Shown: one piece after another, positions 30,720-43,912 of the stretch
How the letters are laid out: each line of letters opens with the position of its first letter
Numbering within the stretch: the first letter of the stretch is position 1
From: Chrysomallon squamiferum
Taxonomy: Eukaryota > Animalia > Mollusca
DNA length: 64,000 nucleotides
Direction of reading: 5' to 3'
Assembly: GCA_012295275.1 (NCBI GenBank)
Contig: CM022673.1
Coordinates: 5,828,001-5,892,000, forward strand
Notes under the pieces: generated by a model
The model's database searches: none
What the model was told of the DNA's origin: nothing
Seen by the model: the letters and a program-made list of their open reading frames with translations, nothing else
Made by a program: the position numbers and the translations under genes

Positions 30720-31155
30720 ATGAAGAGGATGAGGTATGCTGAGGTAGTGACAGAAGAAGAAAGTGTCATGAGGAATGAAGAAGAGTCGGCAGAGAAGAAG
30801 GAAGAAGAAGGACGAAGAAAAGTTAGAGAGAGCAAAGGTGAGAGAGGCAAAAAAACAAGAACAGAAGAAGATACCAGCTCCATTTGAATCCTACAGCAGA
30901 ACTGGTGGATGCCGTCACAGAAAACGTTGGTGGTGACGAGCCTGAACTAGAAGACAGAGATGTAGTAATACACAAGAAAAATGTGAATTCTGTGGCAGAG
31001 TTGATGATGGAATGAATTCCGACGAGTTCATGGGATGTGATGGGTGCCCAAACTGGTATTGTCTTGATTCTTGCGCAAACCTCGAAATCCCAGCTGGTGC
31101 AGACTTGAAAGATATTTTATTCTTGTATCATGTTTGTAGGAGTTTAGTTTATTGA
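30720..31155 (+). pseudogene. Frameshifted transposase C-terminus: K/E-rich linker plus degenerate PHD finger
   Basis: KRMRYAEVVTEEE...EEKKEEEGRRK (ORF 30597-30887) is followed, in the frame starting at 30961, by CSNTQEKCEFCGRVDDGMNSDEFMGCDGCPNWYCLDSCANLEIPAGADLKDILFLYHVCRSLVY*. This has C4HC3-like spacing with the His and one Cys substituted. Stops and frameshifts separate the segments. Confidence 0.7.
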
Positions 31156-31569
31156 AGTCTTGAATCTGACTTGTATTATGATTAGGACATATTATTGATA
31201 GTAGTAGACAATGATTACATAGCAATAATCAACAAATTTGGGGACCAAAATACATCATGAATGTCGGGGCCAGATTTAGCCCAAATCGTTGGCCCCTGAC
31301 AACAAATTTTAACCCGGTTCCCATTTCAAAAGTATAATGCATATAGTGTTTATGTATACTGAAGGAGAAATGCGTATACTACACATTATTCACCCCATTT
31401 TGTTGTTTACTTTTGTCTGTGAAGCTGTAGGGAGGTTGAATGGAAAAGGGGGCCAGAATAATTCCACCTTACGCTATATGTTTCATCAATTTTCTGATAA
31501 TGTAAATGTATTATATGTTTTTGTGCATACATACTTACATACATTTACACACAAATACATCTATGTATG

Positions 31570-31633
<64 letters not shown>

Positions 31634-32163
31634 CATACATATACATACAGACAGACAGACAGACAGACAGCTATATAAAAGATAAGTACACATGTACGAT
31701 GCCTTTGTTTATTTAAGTGTGTGTGTGTCTGTCTGACGAGTTTTATTTAAAACAAATATCGGTCGATCTTTATTTATTTATTTAATAATTCCTGAATGTC
31801 GCAAATATGCAATACAAACATTCAGTAAATATCAGTTAATTTGACACTATATCCCTAAATAAATGCTTTTACATGATAGTTATTACAACCAATCAGAGAC
31901 CTTGTTTTATTTGCTGCATATTAACTGCGATTGACCTGTGTTCGTGTTATTCGGTACAGAATGTGTGTTATCAGGAGAATCACTGGAAGGCAAATGAAAT
32001 AATGCTGTTCAAATAGCTTACAAAAACAATTAGTTTAGTTAGATCCTAAAACTGTATCTGGTGTAATGAAGCGAGAGACAAATGAATTTCTCTAACACGA
32101 TTACATCGGAAACTGTTCTAATTTACCTGCTTTTTTATTTTTATTTTATTGTTTTGATATCTT

Positions 32164-32196
<33 letters not shown>

Positions 32197-32633
32197 AAAT
32201 AAGGAGAGACAGAAATACAGACAGACAGACAGAAATACAAAGACAAACAAAGAGAGAAAGAAAGAGAGAGCGAGAGAGAGAGATAAATAGAGAGAGAAAT
32301 AACGAGAAAGAGACAGAAAGAGATAGAGATAGACAGAGAGACGAAGAGACAGAGAAAGAGACGGAGAGAGGCATAAAATAAAACAGAAAGAAAATGAGTG
32401 AGAAAAGAATAAGTAAGTAAATAAATGAATAATGAAGATGACAACGAGGATAATGATGGAAGTGGATGTGATAATCACAGGTAATACATAGTAGAAATTG
32501 CCGCAATAGCAGCAGCAGTAGTAGTCGTACTAGTAGTAATATCAGTATTATTAGTAATAAATAAATAAACAAATAAACAAACAAAAACAAACAATAATAA
32601 AAAAATGTTAATCTTTTAAAATAAAAGAAACAA

Positions 32634-32669
<36 letters not shown>

Positions 32670-33077
32670 CAATTAAGAGAAATAAAACATTTACGATTGA
32701 AGTTTATTCAATTTAATTTCAAACTTTAATTACTTTATGTGAACAGAAACGGGTTATTATAATAGGAACATAACAAAATGTCCTAAAGAGAGCTAAATGG
32801 TTTAAATCGTTCTGTTTACAAACCAACGAAGAAAACCCCCCTCAAAAATATCTGAGTTAACAAATGAAGCAATAAATAACCAGTTGCTTTGTCAGTGGAA
32901 ACAAATATTAGTAATAAAAATTTACATTTGTTCTCAGTTGATGTCGCCAATGACAGGTTCGTGTGATTCCGTTTATTAATGTCAGTGTGAACTAAGTTAT
33001 TGACGAAGGTAATACATTTTGGTGCATTTATTTCAGGAAAATCGGTATTAGAGCAGTTTGATACAGTTTTCTTGACA

Positions 33078-33109
<32 letters not shown>

Positions 33110-33326
33110 GTCTTAGAACAGAGGTTAGAAAAAACATGTTTTATTATTTATTTTGATTTATTAATTTATTATTATGAAATTACCATATTTATTTATTTAT
33201 TAATATCTTATTATTATTATTATAGTAGTGGTAGTTGTTGTTGTTGTTGTTGTGACTGATGTTTTTACTGTTATATTGGTAATAATAACAGCAGTAATGG
33301 TTTATTATTATTATTATTATTATTAT

Positions 33327-33370
<44 letters not shown>

Positions 33371-34153
33371 CCAGCAGCAGTAGAAGTTGTACAGATGATT
33401 TTATCGTTGTTGTTATAGTAATAGTAGCAGTAACGATATTAATATTATCTATTTATTTATTTAGCCTGTAGTGTTTTTTCTTGTCAGTGCTTCGCTTTAA
33501 TTTTATTTTTGTACAATTATATAGTTGTTGGATAGATTGGATTTTTTTTTCTATTGATAAATTGTATTTTGACCTGGCTGTTGAATTAACTTAGATCTTC
33601 GATTCAGTTCTTGACAGCTGAACTTCTCAAAGACATTTTATAATTTGACCCTTCGCCGTTAGTTCTTCACTGAAACGGTCACAAACACTGGCATAGGTCA
33701 GTGCTGATTTGTCGTATCAACCCAGTTTTTTTATTTTTTTTTTCTCTTCATGTCATCGCTGGTTTCAAAACTCACTGAATAATTTAACTTATATTGGACT
33801 TGTTATGTATCTCCCTTAAATGCTTAAAAGTACGAAAGGTGGAAGCTAAAACGCGGGTTATCAAAGATAACAATGAAAACGAAAATGTAGTTAATCAGTT
33901 GAAAGTGTGCTATGTTATTTTTGTACAGTTTTTTTCCATACCGGCGTTTCTTTTTCCTTCTTCCCTTTTGTGACGTCAGTTCGTAATTATACAGATACAA
34001 AGAGAAAATCAAATAAAGCTTGGATGTTTCTCATTTTAGAGCCAGTAGTACTAAATGTATTTAGATATATGGATCGTGTCACATAATTTGATTTTACATC
34101 CATCTGTTAGACAATTTTACTTAACGCTAGATAATCTTCACAATAACATTTCT

Positions 34154-34199
<46 letters not shown>

Positions 34200-34203
<4 letters not shown>

Positions 34204-34740
34204 AACTAAAATACTTATGTTAACAAATTATAAACTCGAAATTCACAGTAATATACACTGGTATTTATGTTAACAAATTATAACGTAGTATTTACATTAC
34301 GAAGTTATGAACTACTATTTATTTTAAGAAGTTAACAATTAGTATTTTCGTTAACAAATTATAAACAAGTTATAACAAATTATAACCTAGAATTTACGTT
34401 AAGAAGTTAAGAAGTTAACAAATAGTATTTACGTTAAGAAATTATTATCTAGAATTTAGGTTAAAAGTTATGAACTAGTATTCACTTTAAGAAATTAAAA
34501 ATTATATTTACTTTGAGAAATTATAAAATAGTATTTACGATAACAAATTATAAACTACATTTTACATTAAGAAGTTAAGAACTAGTATTCATGTTAAGCA
34601 ATTACAAACAAGCATTTACGTCAAAAAAGTGTAATTACAGTATTTACGTTAAGAAATTATAAACTAAAATTTACGGCTATATATTACACATTTTAGTATT
34701 TAACGGTAACACGTTAAACACTTTGGTATTTACGGTAATA
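34200..34740. repeat. Decayed ~27 bp minisatellite (tagtatttacgttaagaaattataaac-like)
   Basis: GTATTTAC, GTTAAG/CAA and ATTATAAAC blocks recur with a regular period. Confidence 0.8.
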
Positions 34741-35130
34741 GACATACCTCTCTGACGAATTAATGAATACTGACAGTGATAAAATAATTCACGTTGTTTG
34801 ACAACAAAAACGTTAATTGTGGTCGAATGTTTGAGTTTTTATTACAGGCGTTTATTTGCTGTGTCACGACATTTTTTACTTTTTTGTTGTCATTAGCAAT
34901 AACGTCATGTTTCGTGCTGTTTCGTATACGTCAGTGTTTAACACTAATTCGCTGTAAATGTTAATAATGGACAACGGTAAGTATTCATTACTTGTGTTTA
35001 TTCACGGAGACATGATTACTGTTGTTAGCGATCAATTTTTGTTCTGTGTCATTGTAACAGTTAAAGCTCAGAACTGATTTTTTTTTTTGGAAAAGCAATA
35101 AAATAAAAAACAAAAATGAAATACATACAA

Positions 35131-35172
<42 letters not shown>

Positions 35173-36358
35173 GCATGCACAAAGGCAGGCAGGCAGATAA
35201 CATACGTGTGTTACATTATATGTATTTACGTGTCTGTGTGTTTGTGCGCCCGTGTACAAATATAGACACAAAATATTAATATTTTTGGAATATATATTAC
35301 AAGTGGTTATCTGTTATTTAAGATCCTGGCGGTTTTTCTTTCTCTGTCTTTACAAAGTAAAATTATTTCATTGCAATTTCCTTTTCCGCGTTCCACCACG
35401 TCACAAAAATGATCCAATTTTCACGCACTCCGCGAAATGCCAGACAAAATCGACTGGCACCAAATAAAATCATATATCTGGTTTACGGCAATGATGAAAT
35501 GTCTTATTGACCAATCACATATGGAAAACGAATTTGTCCAGTCAGCTAACACGCTACCACAGGCAAACCACACATCAGTCAAATAGCTTGGTTTTTTTTG
35601 TGGTTTTTTTTTCTAGATGGTGCTTTGTCGTCTGTGGTGGAATTATGCCCGAATTTTGATATTTAGCGTTTAGTAGCCATTAATTATGGAAGGAAGAGTT
35701 GTTGTTTTTTTTTTTGTATTTTTTCTTTATCAAGAACTAAAAAAGGTGACAATTATTTATTTATATAATTAAATTTTCTTCTGCTTCGATGTTTTATACA
35801 TACACTGTTTTAAATACATACATACATACCTATACATGTACACTGTACACATGCATACGTATATACATATATAAATACATACACACATACACATACGTAC
35901 AAACATATGTACGCAAATAAATATACATGTACTTTTACTGATACATACATACTTATGCATCTTCATATGTGTGCATACTCACATACATTATACATCACGC
36001 AAAAAAAAAAAAAGACGAATAAAGAAAGTAAGCAAATCATTCAGCTGCATTCATGGTTATTGCTGCCTGTCTGTCTGTACTGTTACAATTCTGATTCACT
36101 CGCTTATAATAAGTAACAGTAAGAACAAACGAAACGACAGCGGATTTCCTGTCGCGTGAGTGCTCTTATGAAAATATGTGAAGACTAATTAAATAATATC
36201 TACTATTTAACTAAAAAGAAAATGACTTTCGGTTCTATACGACATTCATACAAGGATAATGCTTTAAATCATTTTTACTGTGTCGAAGGGAAATAACAAA
36301 AAACAAACAACAGTGTGTTTGGGGTTATTTCCCTTGGACTCTTACTAAAATCTTCTAT

Positions 36359-36624
36359 CAGTGGCGTGCAGAGGTCTGGTGATGCCCGGGGCCAACTCCT
36401 TGATTGTGTGCCCCAAAAACTCAAGTATAAGGCCTAGTACTGAGAAATATTATGAGAAAGGAAGATATTTTAAATACGTAAACACAAATGAAACATAAAA
36501 TAAACACTTTATTGATTTAAATATAAACCAACCACATTTATTGTTCTTTTCTCTGATTGGATGCCCCCACCATTTGGATGCCCGGGGCCACCGCCCCTTC
36601 GCCCCCTCCCTCTGCACGCCACTA
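36359..36624. mobile_element. hAT-like MITE (266 bp)
   Basis: TIRs are CAGTGGCGTGCAGAGG and (reverse complement) TAGTGGCGTGCAGAGG. The subterminal direct repeat GATGCCCGGGGCCA occurs near both ends. The 8-bp flanks tcttctat and cattctgt match at 5/8, consistent with a decayed 8-bp TSD. Confidence 0.8.
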
Positions 36625-37477
36625 CATTCTGTGCTGTCTCTCGTTACAAAGAACTCTCAAAATCAGTTACAACAGTTCAGTTAAGTTGACTGTTAAGTAC
36701 TAACGTTATAACTGGAAGTCCTGTCCTGCATGACTATTTTATCTATATATTCTGTGTGTGACTGTGTGTAAAGAAAATTTACTGCATGCAAAAATAAGTA
36801 CACTGAAGTGTGAAATCATCATCATCATCATTGTTGTTGGTTTTGTTGTTCTTACTGCTCATGATATTAATAAAGAACGTCATGTTCGTCTTTGTGTTTA
36901 ATTTAGAAATGTATGAAATAAAATATATGGATATTGTATGTGTATGTATGTGTGTAATGATTAACATACTTTTTTAATGTCAGTAATAACGAAATGTTTC
37001 AGATTTATTTACAAATATGATAAAATTGAAAAAAAATGAAAATGTGTATAGGTGAATGACTGTATAATAACGTTGTCTCTTTTGACATCTTCATTTGAAT
37101 TTATGTTTGAAAATCACTGAATACTGGATGCAGTTGAGAAGATAAAATAATAATAACACCAAAGACTCAAGTTTTTGTGTCTTTTTGTGCTGCGAGTTTA
37201 TTAGACTAGATGAACTATTTCTTGAACTGTACATTGATTCGTATGAATATTGACAGATATTATCTAAAAACACGTAGATTCCTATAATAAGATTATCACA
37301 GACGACGTTAGCTGTAAGTGATGGTCATTATTACTACTTACCTACTTACTTAGTAAAACTACCAACAGTGGTAATTCATGTAGACGTAAATAAACATAAA
37401 TATGTACTGAAATAACCAAATAAAACAAACAAACAAACAAAAACTCAAATAAATATATAAACAAACAAACAAACCCA

Positions 37478-37516
<39 letters not shown>

Positions 37517-39749
37517 ATGGGTTGAAAAGAAAACACAAGTATTAATTACTTTTACTACTGAACAAATGAAAATATTGTAATTTTTACCAGAGAATAATTA
37601 TTATGCTTCTTTTTCTTTCTTCTCTATTCCCCTCTCGCTTCACCAATTATTGTCCTGCTGAGGGGCAGATAACTCTCAATTACTGCATTTGTATTGAAAA
37701 TGTCACGTGACTTTCTAAGCGTGACGCGTGCCTTCATAAAAGATCGGCGTGAACTGCTCAGACATCGTCAACGAATAACGGGTTTTCATAACCGAGGAGG
37801 GGGGTACTGGCCTGTTGCTAGACAACCATAGCGTACCATCCCTACTTTTTACTCAGCCGCTCAAAACCCTTATGTGCTGAGAAACCTACACTCCTAAATC
37901 TCTCTACACACTTTTTTTTTTTTTTTTTTTTTTTATCGCTGTAAAATCTGACGAGGTTACCAATAAAGGATATTTGAAAATAAATAAATAAATAATAATA
38001 ATAATAATAAATACTAGATAACAATAATTAAAAAAGTAAATAAAATATAAAAATAATAATATTAAGTAAAAAAAAAAACAAAAAAAAACAGCGAAAACAT
38101 TTTCCGCTTTTAAAGCTGTGCCGTAATAAAATACGGACTAAAAGATGTCTCATTTACAGTCGTATTTATAAATAAACCGTCGCCTACATTTACCCCATAG
38201 AGCTTTGTTCATAGCTGCATGGCCCGGTACAATGTCAGGGAAGTTTAGCGCGGATCTGCGGGACATTTACTGTTAAACAAAATGATTGTCCGCTGCCTAC
38301 TGAAGCATGGACGTTTTGGGCGTGCAAAAAAAAAAAGACTCGGTCTGAAAAGGGTTATTGTGAAATCGACGTAGGTAATGGATTAAAATTAACGGGTGTT
38401 GAGACTGCATGTCGCGATGTTGTAAAGAAAAGGTGCATAGATTCAGCTGAAGTATATCAACGTGCAGGAAGTATGTAAATGAAGAGAGAGGGAAAAAAAA
38501 GCATGATGAGTTTATGCATTATGTATATGTAGTATATTTTTTTTATATTATGTTTTTAAAGCAGCATGCAGTGGCTGGTTTTAGAGATGGGAAGAAATGA
38601 TTTTGGTTTTTGTTACAAAATGTTTGCAGAAAAGACATGAAATGAAAATAGGAAAGAACAAAGTAGGCAGCATGGGGAGGTTTAGTAATGAGTTTAAGTT
38701 TACCAGAAAATTGTATGAATTAATTATTTTATTGTTTATTTTTATCAGTTAAATATGCAAATTTATTTTTTTATAAAATTAACGTCATCGTTTCTTTATA
38801 TATAACTTTGGTAATAATAACTTTAATTAAAAAAATTCATTTGCTAAACTATAGAAAAAAGTAATTCAAATAATTAAGAAAAAATAAAGGTTGCTATTTA
38901 ATTTATTTAATTATTTAGAATTTTAATTTTTAGTTTTATATTTATTCATTTATTTACATTTCATAATATCTGGAATAACAAATTTAATGTTAAACACTAT
39001 AATTCGGTTATATACAGAGAAATAAAAATATTTTATTATATTATCATAATTAACCTTTTGTTCTAGCTTACAAAACAACCCGAACAAATTCATTTATATG
39101 AATAATATTCGTTTTTCAGTTTCTGTTATATATAATTTAAATACATTTTACGTAATTTTTTTTTTTTTTTTAAAAGGTATTTCAGGTATTGTGAATGTTT
39201 CAGTTATCTAATATTTCAAAATTACCTTTATAAAAAAAAAATAATAAAAAATTCTAAAGTTCATATTTTAATTACAAAGCATCTCTTTCGTTATGAACTG
39301 AATGAAAGAAAAAAGCAAATATAAAACAAAGAAAAAGAAACTTGGATTAATTATAATGAAAATAAAGCGCAGGATTTTTTGAGAACTGGATAGGAAATTG
39401 CTAATACATACATACATATACTAAATTTCCAATCTAATTAGCATATAATTCAAAATATTATTAAAATAACTAATATTTAATTATTTAAAATAAAAATTAA
39501 AGAAACGACAAGTTTTTAAAAACATATTTAGAAGTAAATAAATAAATAAAAACATTAGTTACATTAATGCACGCGTCATTATTTTCATAGTTCCTGTACA
39601 TTTTAAATATGCTAAAATTAGTATATTTATTATTATTTTAAAAAAAATAAATGTTATTTAACAAATATACACCTGTTATACTTAACTATAAAGAGGAAAT
39701 GTTTTTTTAAATTTTAGTTCAGACACCTCTATTATCAGTTTTTTAACAC

Positions 39750-40560
39750 CGACTGCGCGCGTGCAGTAAACAAACTGAACGTAAACAAAGGAAAACAAAG
39801 ACATTTTCTTTGTCATGGATCGGAAAACACTCGAATGTTCGCTCGCAGTTCACCACAGCATTTAATATACGAAACGTATGCAACGTCCGAACATAAACAT
39901 TTCATCGCGACGAACACTCGTTTCCTTTCGTAACAAATCGGCCGCGTGATGGTTCGTTGGCTATTTGAGTACGAACACTCCAGCTGAATGAACAAGACGC
40001 ATGCGCGAACAGTTGTCGCGCTTGTTCAGTGGAGGGAATTTTAAAACTTTTGTACAGCGACTCAGAGCCGGGCGCGTTGCGACCAAAACTTTTTCGCGTG
40101 TTTTTGCGGACTCGTCTCCGATTGTGGAACAAACGGCGAATGTTTACATAGTCGCAGAACTGATTTAAGATGTCAATACTTACATTTTCCACCCATTATT
40201 TTTTACCCTATAGCTTCCCACAGCTGACGTTTTAATTGCGGCGAAAAAACAACGTCTGGTGGACGTACTTTCAATAACCTCTTCTTTACTCACAAAGCAG
40301 CTGCCTGGCCAGGTATTAAGCAATATATCTGACATTTCAAATTATTATTATTATTATTTTTTTTTTATCAGAAAAAAAAAAAAAGGCGACCTGTGATCTC
40401 TGTGAAGTTGTAGGAACGAAAGTCGCGCCGCAGAAAGGCAGTAAATCGCGCCAAACGTGTGTGCAATATGACAGAACGCCTCCTGCAATCTTTCCTCGCC
40501 CTTTTCAGAAAGGCAACTTGCACGAAAACGTCTGCCTCTATTATCATTCTTTATGCAGGG
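39750..40560. promoter_or_regulatory. CpG-rich candidate enhancer or promoter ~11 kb downstream of Ptf1a
   Basis: CpG density is high. CAGCTG occurs at 39981, 40221 and 40298, RBPJ/Su(H) TTCCCACA at 40215-40222, tandem GTAAACAAA forkhead sites at 39766-39789, and an NRF1-like CGCATGCGC is present. Confidence 0.45.
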
Positions 40561-40659
40561 AGAACGGCTCTTGAATCTTTTCATATTTTCACATGTTTAT
40601 TAGTTATTCAAACGCTGGGGAAACAACGATTTTTACATCTGCTTTTTTTTTTCTTCTTC

Positions 40660-40714
<55 letters not shown>

Positions 40715-43700
40715 CTTTTTTTTTTCAACCTCCCTTCTCTACCTAACTCTCTCAGACGCTTTGAACACCCCAAAAAACGTTGGCTTTTCATTTTGCCCAT
40801 TTTCATGATAAAGTGAAATAATTAGAAAATAACAAGAGACCGTACTTAATTTCGGGTTCAATTGTTGTAGTATTTGATTAATTGAGACGTGGTCTGCTGG
40901 ATGTGGAGGTCTGGACTATGTAATGTGTAATAAGAAGCAGGTGACGAAGAGTGCTAGTTGTGCAGGGCGTGTGTCTCTTGAAGCGAACTACCTTGAAAAA
41001 AACCGTCAACTAACAAAGGGAAAAACCTGCGTGATAGGAACTAATGTTTGGCTTGGCTACGTAACTGCATGCCAAATAGAGACGGACGTAAGACAATGAA
41101 GGCAGAGAGAACAGTTGGAGCTCAGGGGTCGAGAATGGTGGGGTCTTTAAACGACGGCTACAGACGTCGCAGACACTGATGGAGCCGCTGTCGATATGTT
41201 TTAACAGCAGTCATGCGACTGACATCCGCCCATCAATCGCAGACTTTAGGGGGGTTAGAAGACTGTTATCCCGAAACGTGAATTAACCGTTATTTCCTAA
41301 TTATGAAACGCATCGGGAGCCATATGCAACCATCAGATATGAGCGGTACAGCGACACGTACCTTTGTCCCGTAAGCAAAAGAAGTCATCACAAGAGACGA
41401 AACATTAACAGGTGAAGCCCATATTCTTAGAATTCAGTCTCCATCGAATGTGACTTCTTAAATTCCGACCAACGTCCGTACATCTGCGGCGATTATACGG
41501 CCAACACCGAACGCGCGAACCTCAGAAAAATCTGCTCCAAGAACTCTTGGTAGCCACTTTACTTGACAAAAAATTCTCTGCCTGGAAGTTTTGTCTTCAC
41601 TTCCTTTTGAGAATGAAAAAGAGGCTTAACGCTTAGGCGACACTGGCCAATGAGAAGGTTACGGCAATGGATCTGTTTGGCTTTAGCCGCCTTTGTCAGT
41701 GAAGAGGGGTGTCTGATGGTGGGGGGGGGACGGCAGGCGACCTTTGACAATTATTTACGTATCGTGTTCAGAACAGAGTGACGCCCAGTTTTGTGGCTGG
41801 CCGTGTTTCTTCATTGTGTACAGCATGAGGCACGACTTCATTTGATGTGTCAAGATGATGATGATGATGATGTTGATGATGCCGGTGTTAATTTGAAATC
41901 ATTATTTGATTAGAAAAATGTTCAGATGTCGCCTGCATTAATAGCTTTTATTAAATCATCAGCTGCTGAGATAATACTTATATGAATTTGAAAAAAAAAA
42001 ACAAACATTATAGTTTCTTTTATTAAAAAGAAGAAACACAAGTTGATATTATCGTTCTGTCTTTAACACGTTTTAATACTCTTTCGTGTTTTAGCTTTGG
42101 TAAAGAATTTAAATGTTTATAGTAAGCTTTGTAAAAGTATAGTGTCTATAAAAACTTTACCATATTTATTAACATCGATATTAAGTCAAAGAAGAAGTTT
42201 ATAAATGGTCTATGAAAGTAAACAATATGATACTAGTTTTCTGATTCTGAATACTTTTTTCCTTAAAAGACTTGATGTTGTATATCGAACAGTTTCAAGA
42301 ATGGCTTCGTTTAACCGGTGTCCAGTTATTTTGTTCTAAATGCAGATTTCAGTGCAAAATAAACTGTGTGTGTAACGTATTCTTAAAATGTTAAATTTTC
42401 AGTACAAAGTATGTAATTGGAACGTTCAAACAAATCTAGAATGAATTATGAAATAATGTCCGGTAAATATTCATACATTCGATCTTTTCTTCGTTGATTA
42501 TTCATTCACTTGCATTCATTATTTACTAGGATAATATTTTACACCTCAATGGGCAGATAACTCTTAATTCTTGTGACCTAATAAATAGATCAATTAGATT
42601 ACAAATGAACCTTGGGAAGAGCTAGGAAAAACTACGTCATATCTAATAATAAGAAAGACTAAATTTCCGAGTGAAAATAATAATAACATTCTGTAATGTT
42701 GCGAAATACTGGATTATTATGAATAACATCAAATTTAATATTGTTGATACCATAAATCGTATATAAATACTGTAATTTAAAAATAAAATTAAAATTTTAA
42801 ATAATAAAATAATTCAAGTACATGTACTTGTCTTTTGGTCTTATAAACATGTTACATTATATATATTGTATATATTTATATATTATGAATGTAAAAAAAA
42901 TAATAATAAAAAAATAAATAAAAAAGTGGAACATGGGTCAGAGTGATCTCGTTAGCTACAATGCACTTCCTTGTACTACATGTTTGCTATTTTATGGTTC
43001 GTTACGTTCTTCACGACGATATATCAATGACAGCTAAATGTTATTTACTGTCTGTGGGACAGAAAATATTAAACATTTCTTGTTATAACCATTGTATATC
43101 GACAACAGTTTCCTTTTTCAAAAAAAAAAAAAAAAAAGAGAACAGTCAGCAGATTTGACATTTATTAATAATATTAGAACTTGATGATAAAGTTGTTAAT
43201 ACCCATTTAGCTATGTAATATTTGTTTATGTTCACGGTCGTCGAGATTCCAAGAAACTGCTTATCTGCAAGTTGTACAGAAAGCAATGATTTATTTGACA
43301 AAGAGACAAACATTCCTAAATTCCACAAACAGGAGTAAACTATCCAATATTCTCCATTTTAAGAGTTTGGAGGCTTGTTGCTCTTTCTTTCTTTTTTTCT
43401 TACCTTCATTTTTCTTTTCTTTCTTTTCTTTTTTCTTTTTGCTGTTGTTGTTGCTTTTTTCCCCCTATGTATTAACTTTCTCGTTCTAGTGCGGTTGTTA
43501 CAAAATATTTGAGCCAGTTGCATGTTCAGTAAAATTAAACGTTTGTCAGAAAATTAATATTCCTATTACTTTATTTTTAATCCCTGATTAAATAAATTCA
43601 TCTTTTTGTAAGCATTCTGGAGTTTTCTATTTCCAATTTTCTAATCAAGAGTCTTAATTTGGTCATGTTTTTCTTTCTAGAATTATACATTGATTGTATG

Positions 43701-43812
43701 CTTAAATGTATATAATGTATGTACGTATGTGTATATTAAAATATGTGTATATTATGTGTATATGTGTATATTAAAATATGCATGCGTATGTACTCATACA
43801 TACATGTGTACG

Positions 43813-43912
<100 letters not shown>

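Larger units (their letters stand above)
29479..31474 (+). mobile_element. Internally deleted pogo/DDE-1-like DNA transposon containing a nested MITE and a transposase C-terminal remnant
   Basis: TIRs are GGGTAAGGTGGAGTAATTCTAGCCCC and (reverse complement) GCGTAAGGTGGAATTATTCTGGCCCC. Internal TIR-like motifs are GGGGTAAATCTGGCCCC (~30575) and GGGGCCAGATTTAGCCC (~31266). TA flanks the right end. The family assignment is inferred from the termini and the coding remnant. Confidence 0.75.

Noticed and set aside
41641-41701. Possible pre-miRNA (CACTGGCCAA ... TTTGTCAGTG)
   Set aside because: Only the terminal ~9 bp pair and the interior does not form a stem. No known mature miRNA was recognised anywhere in the window.
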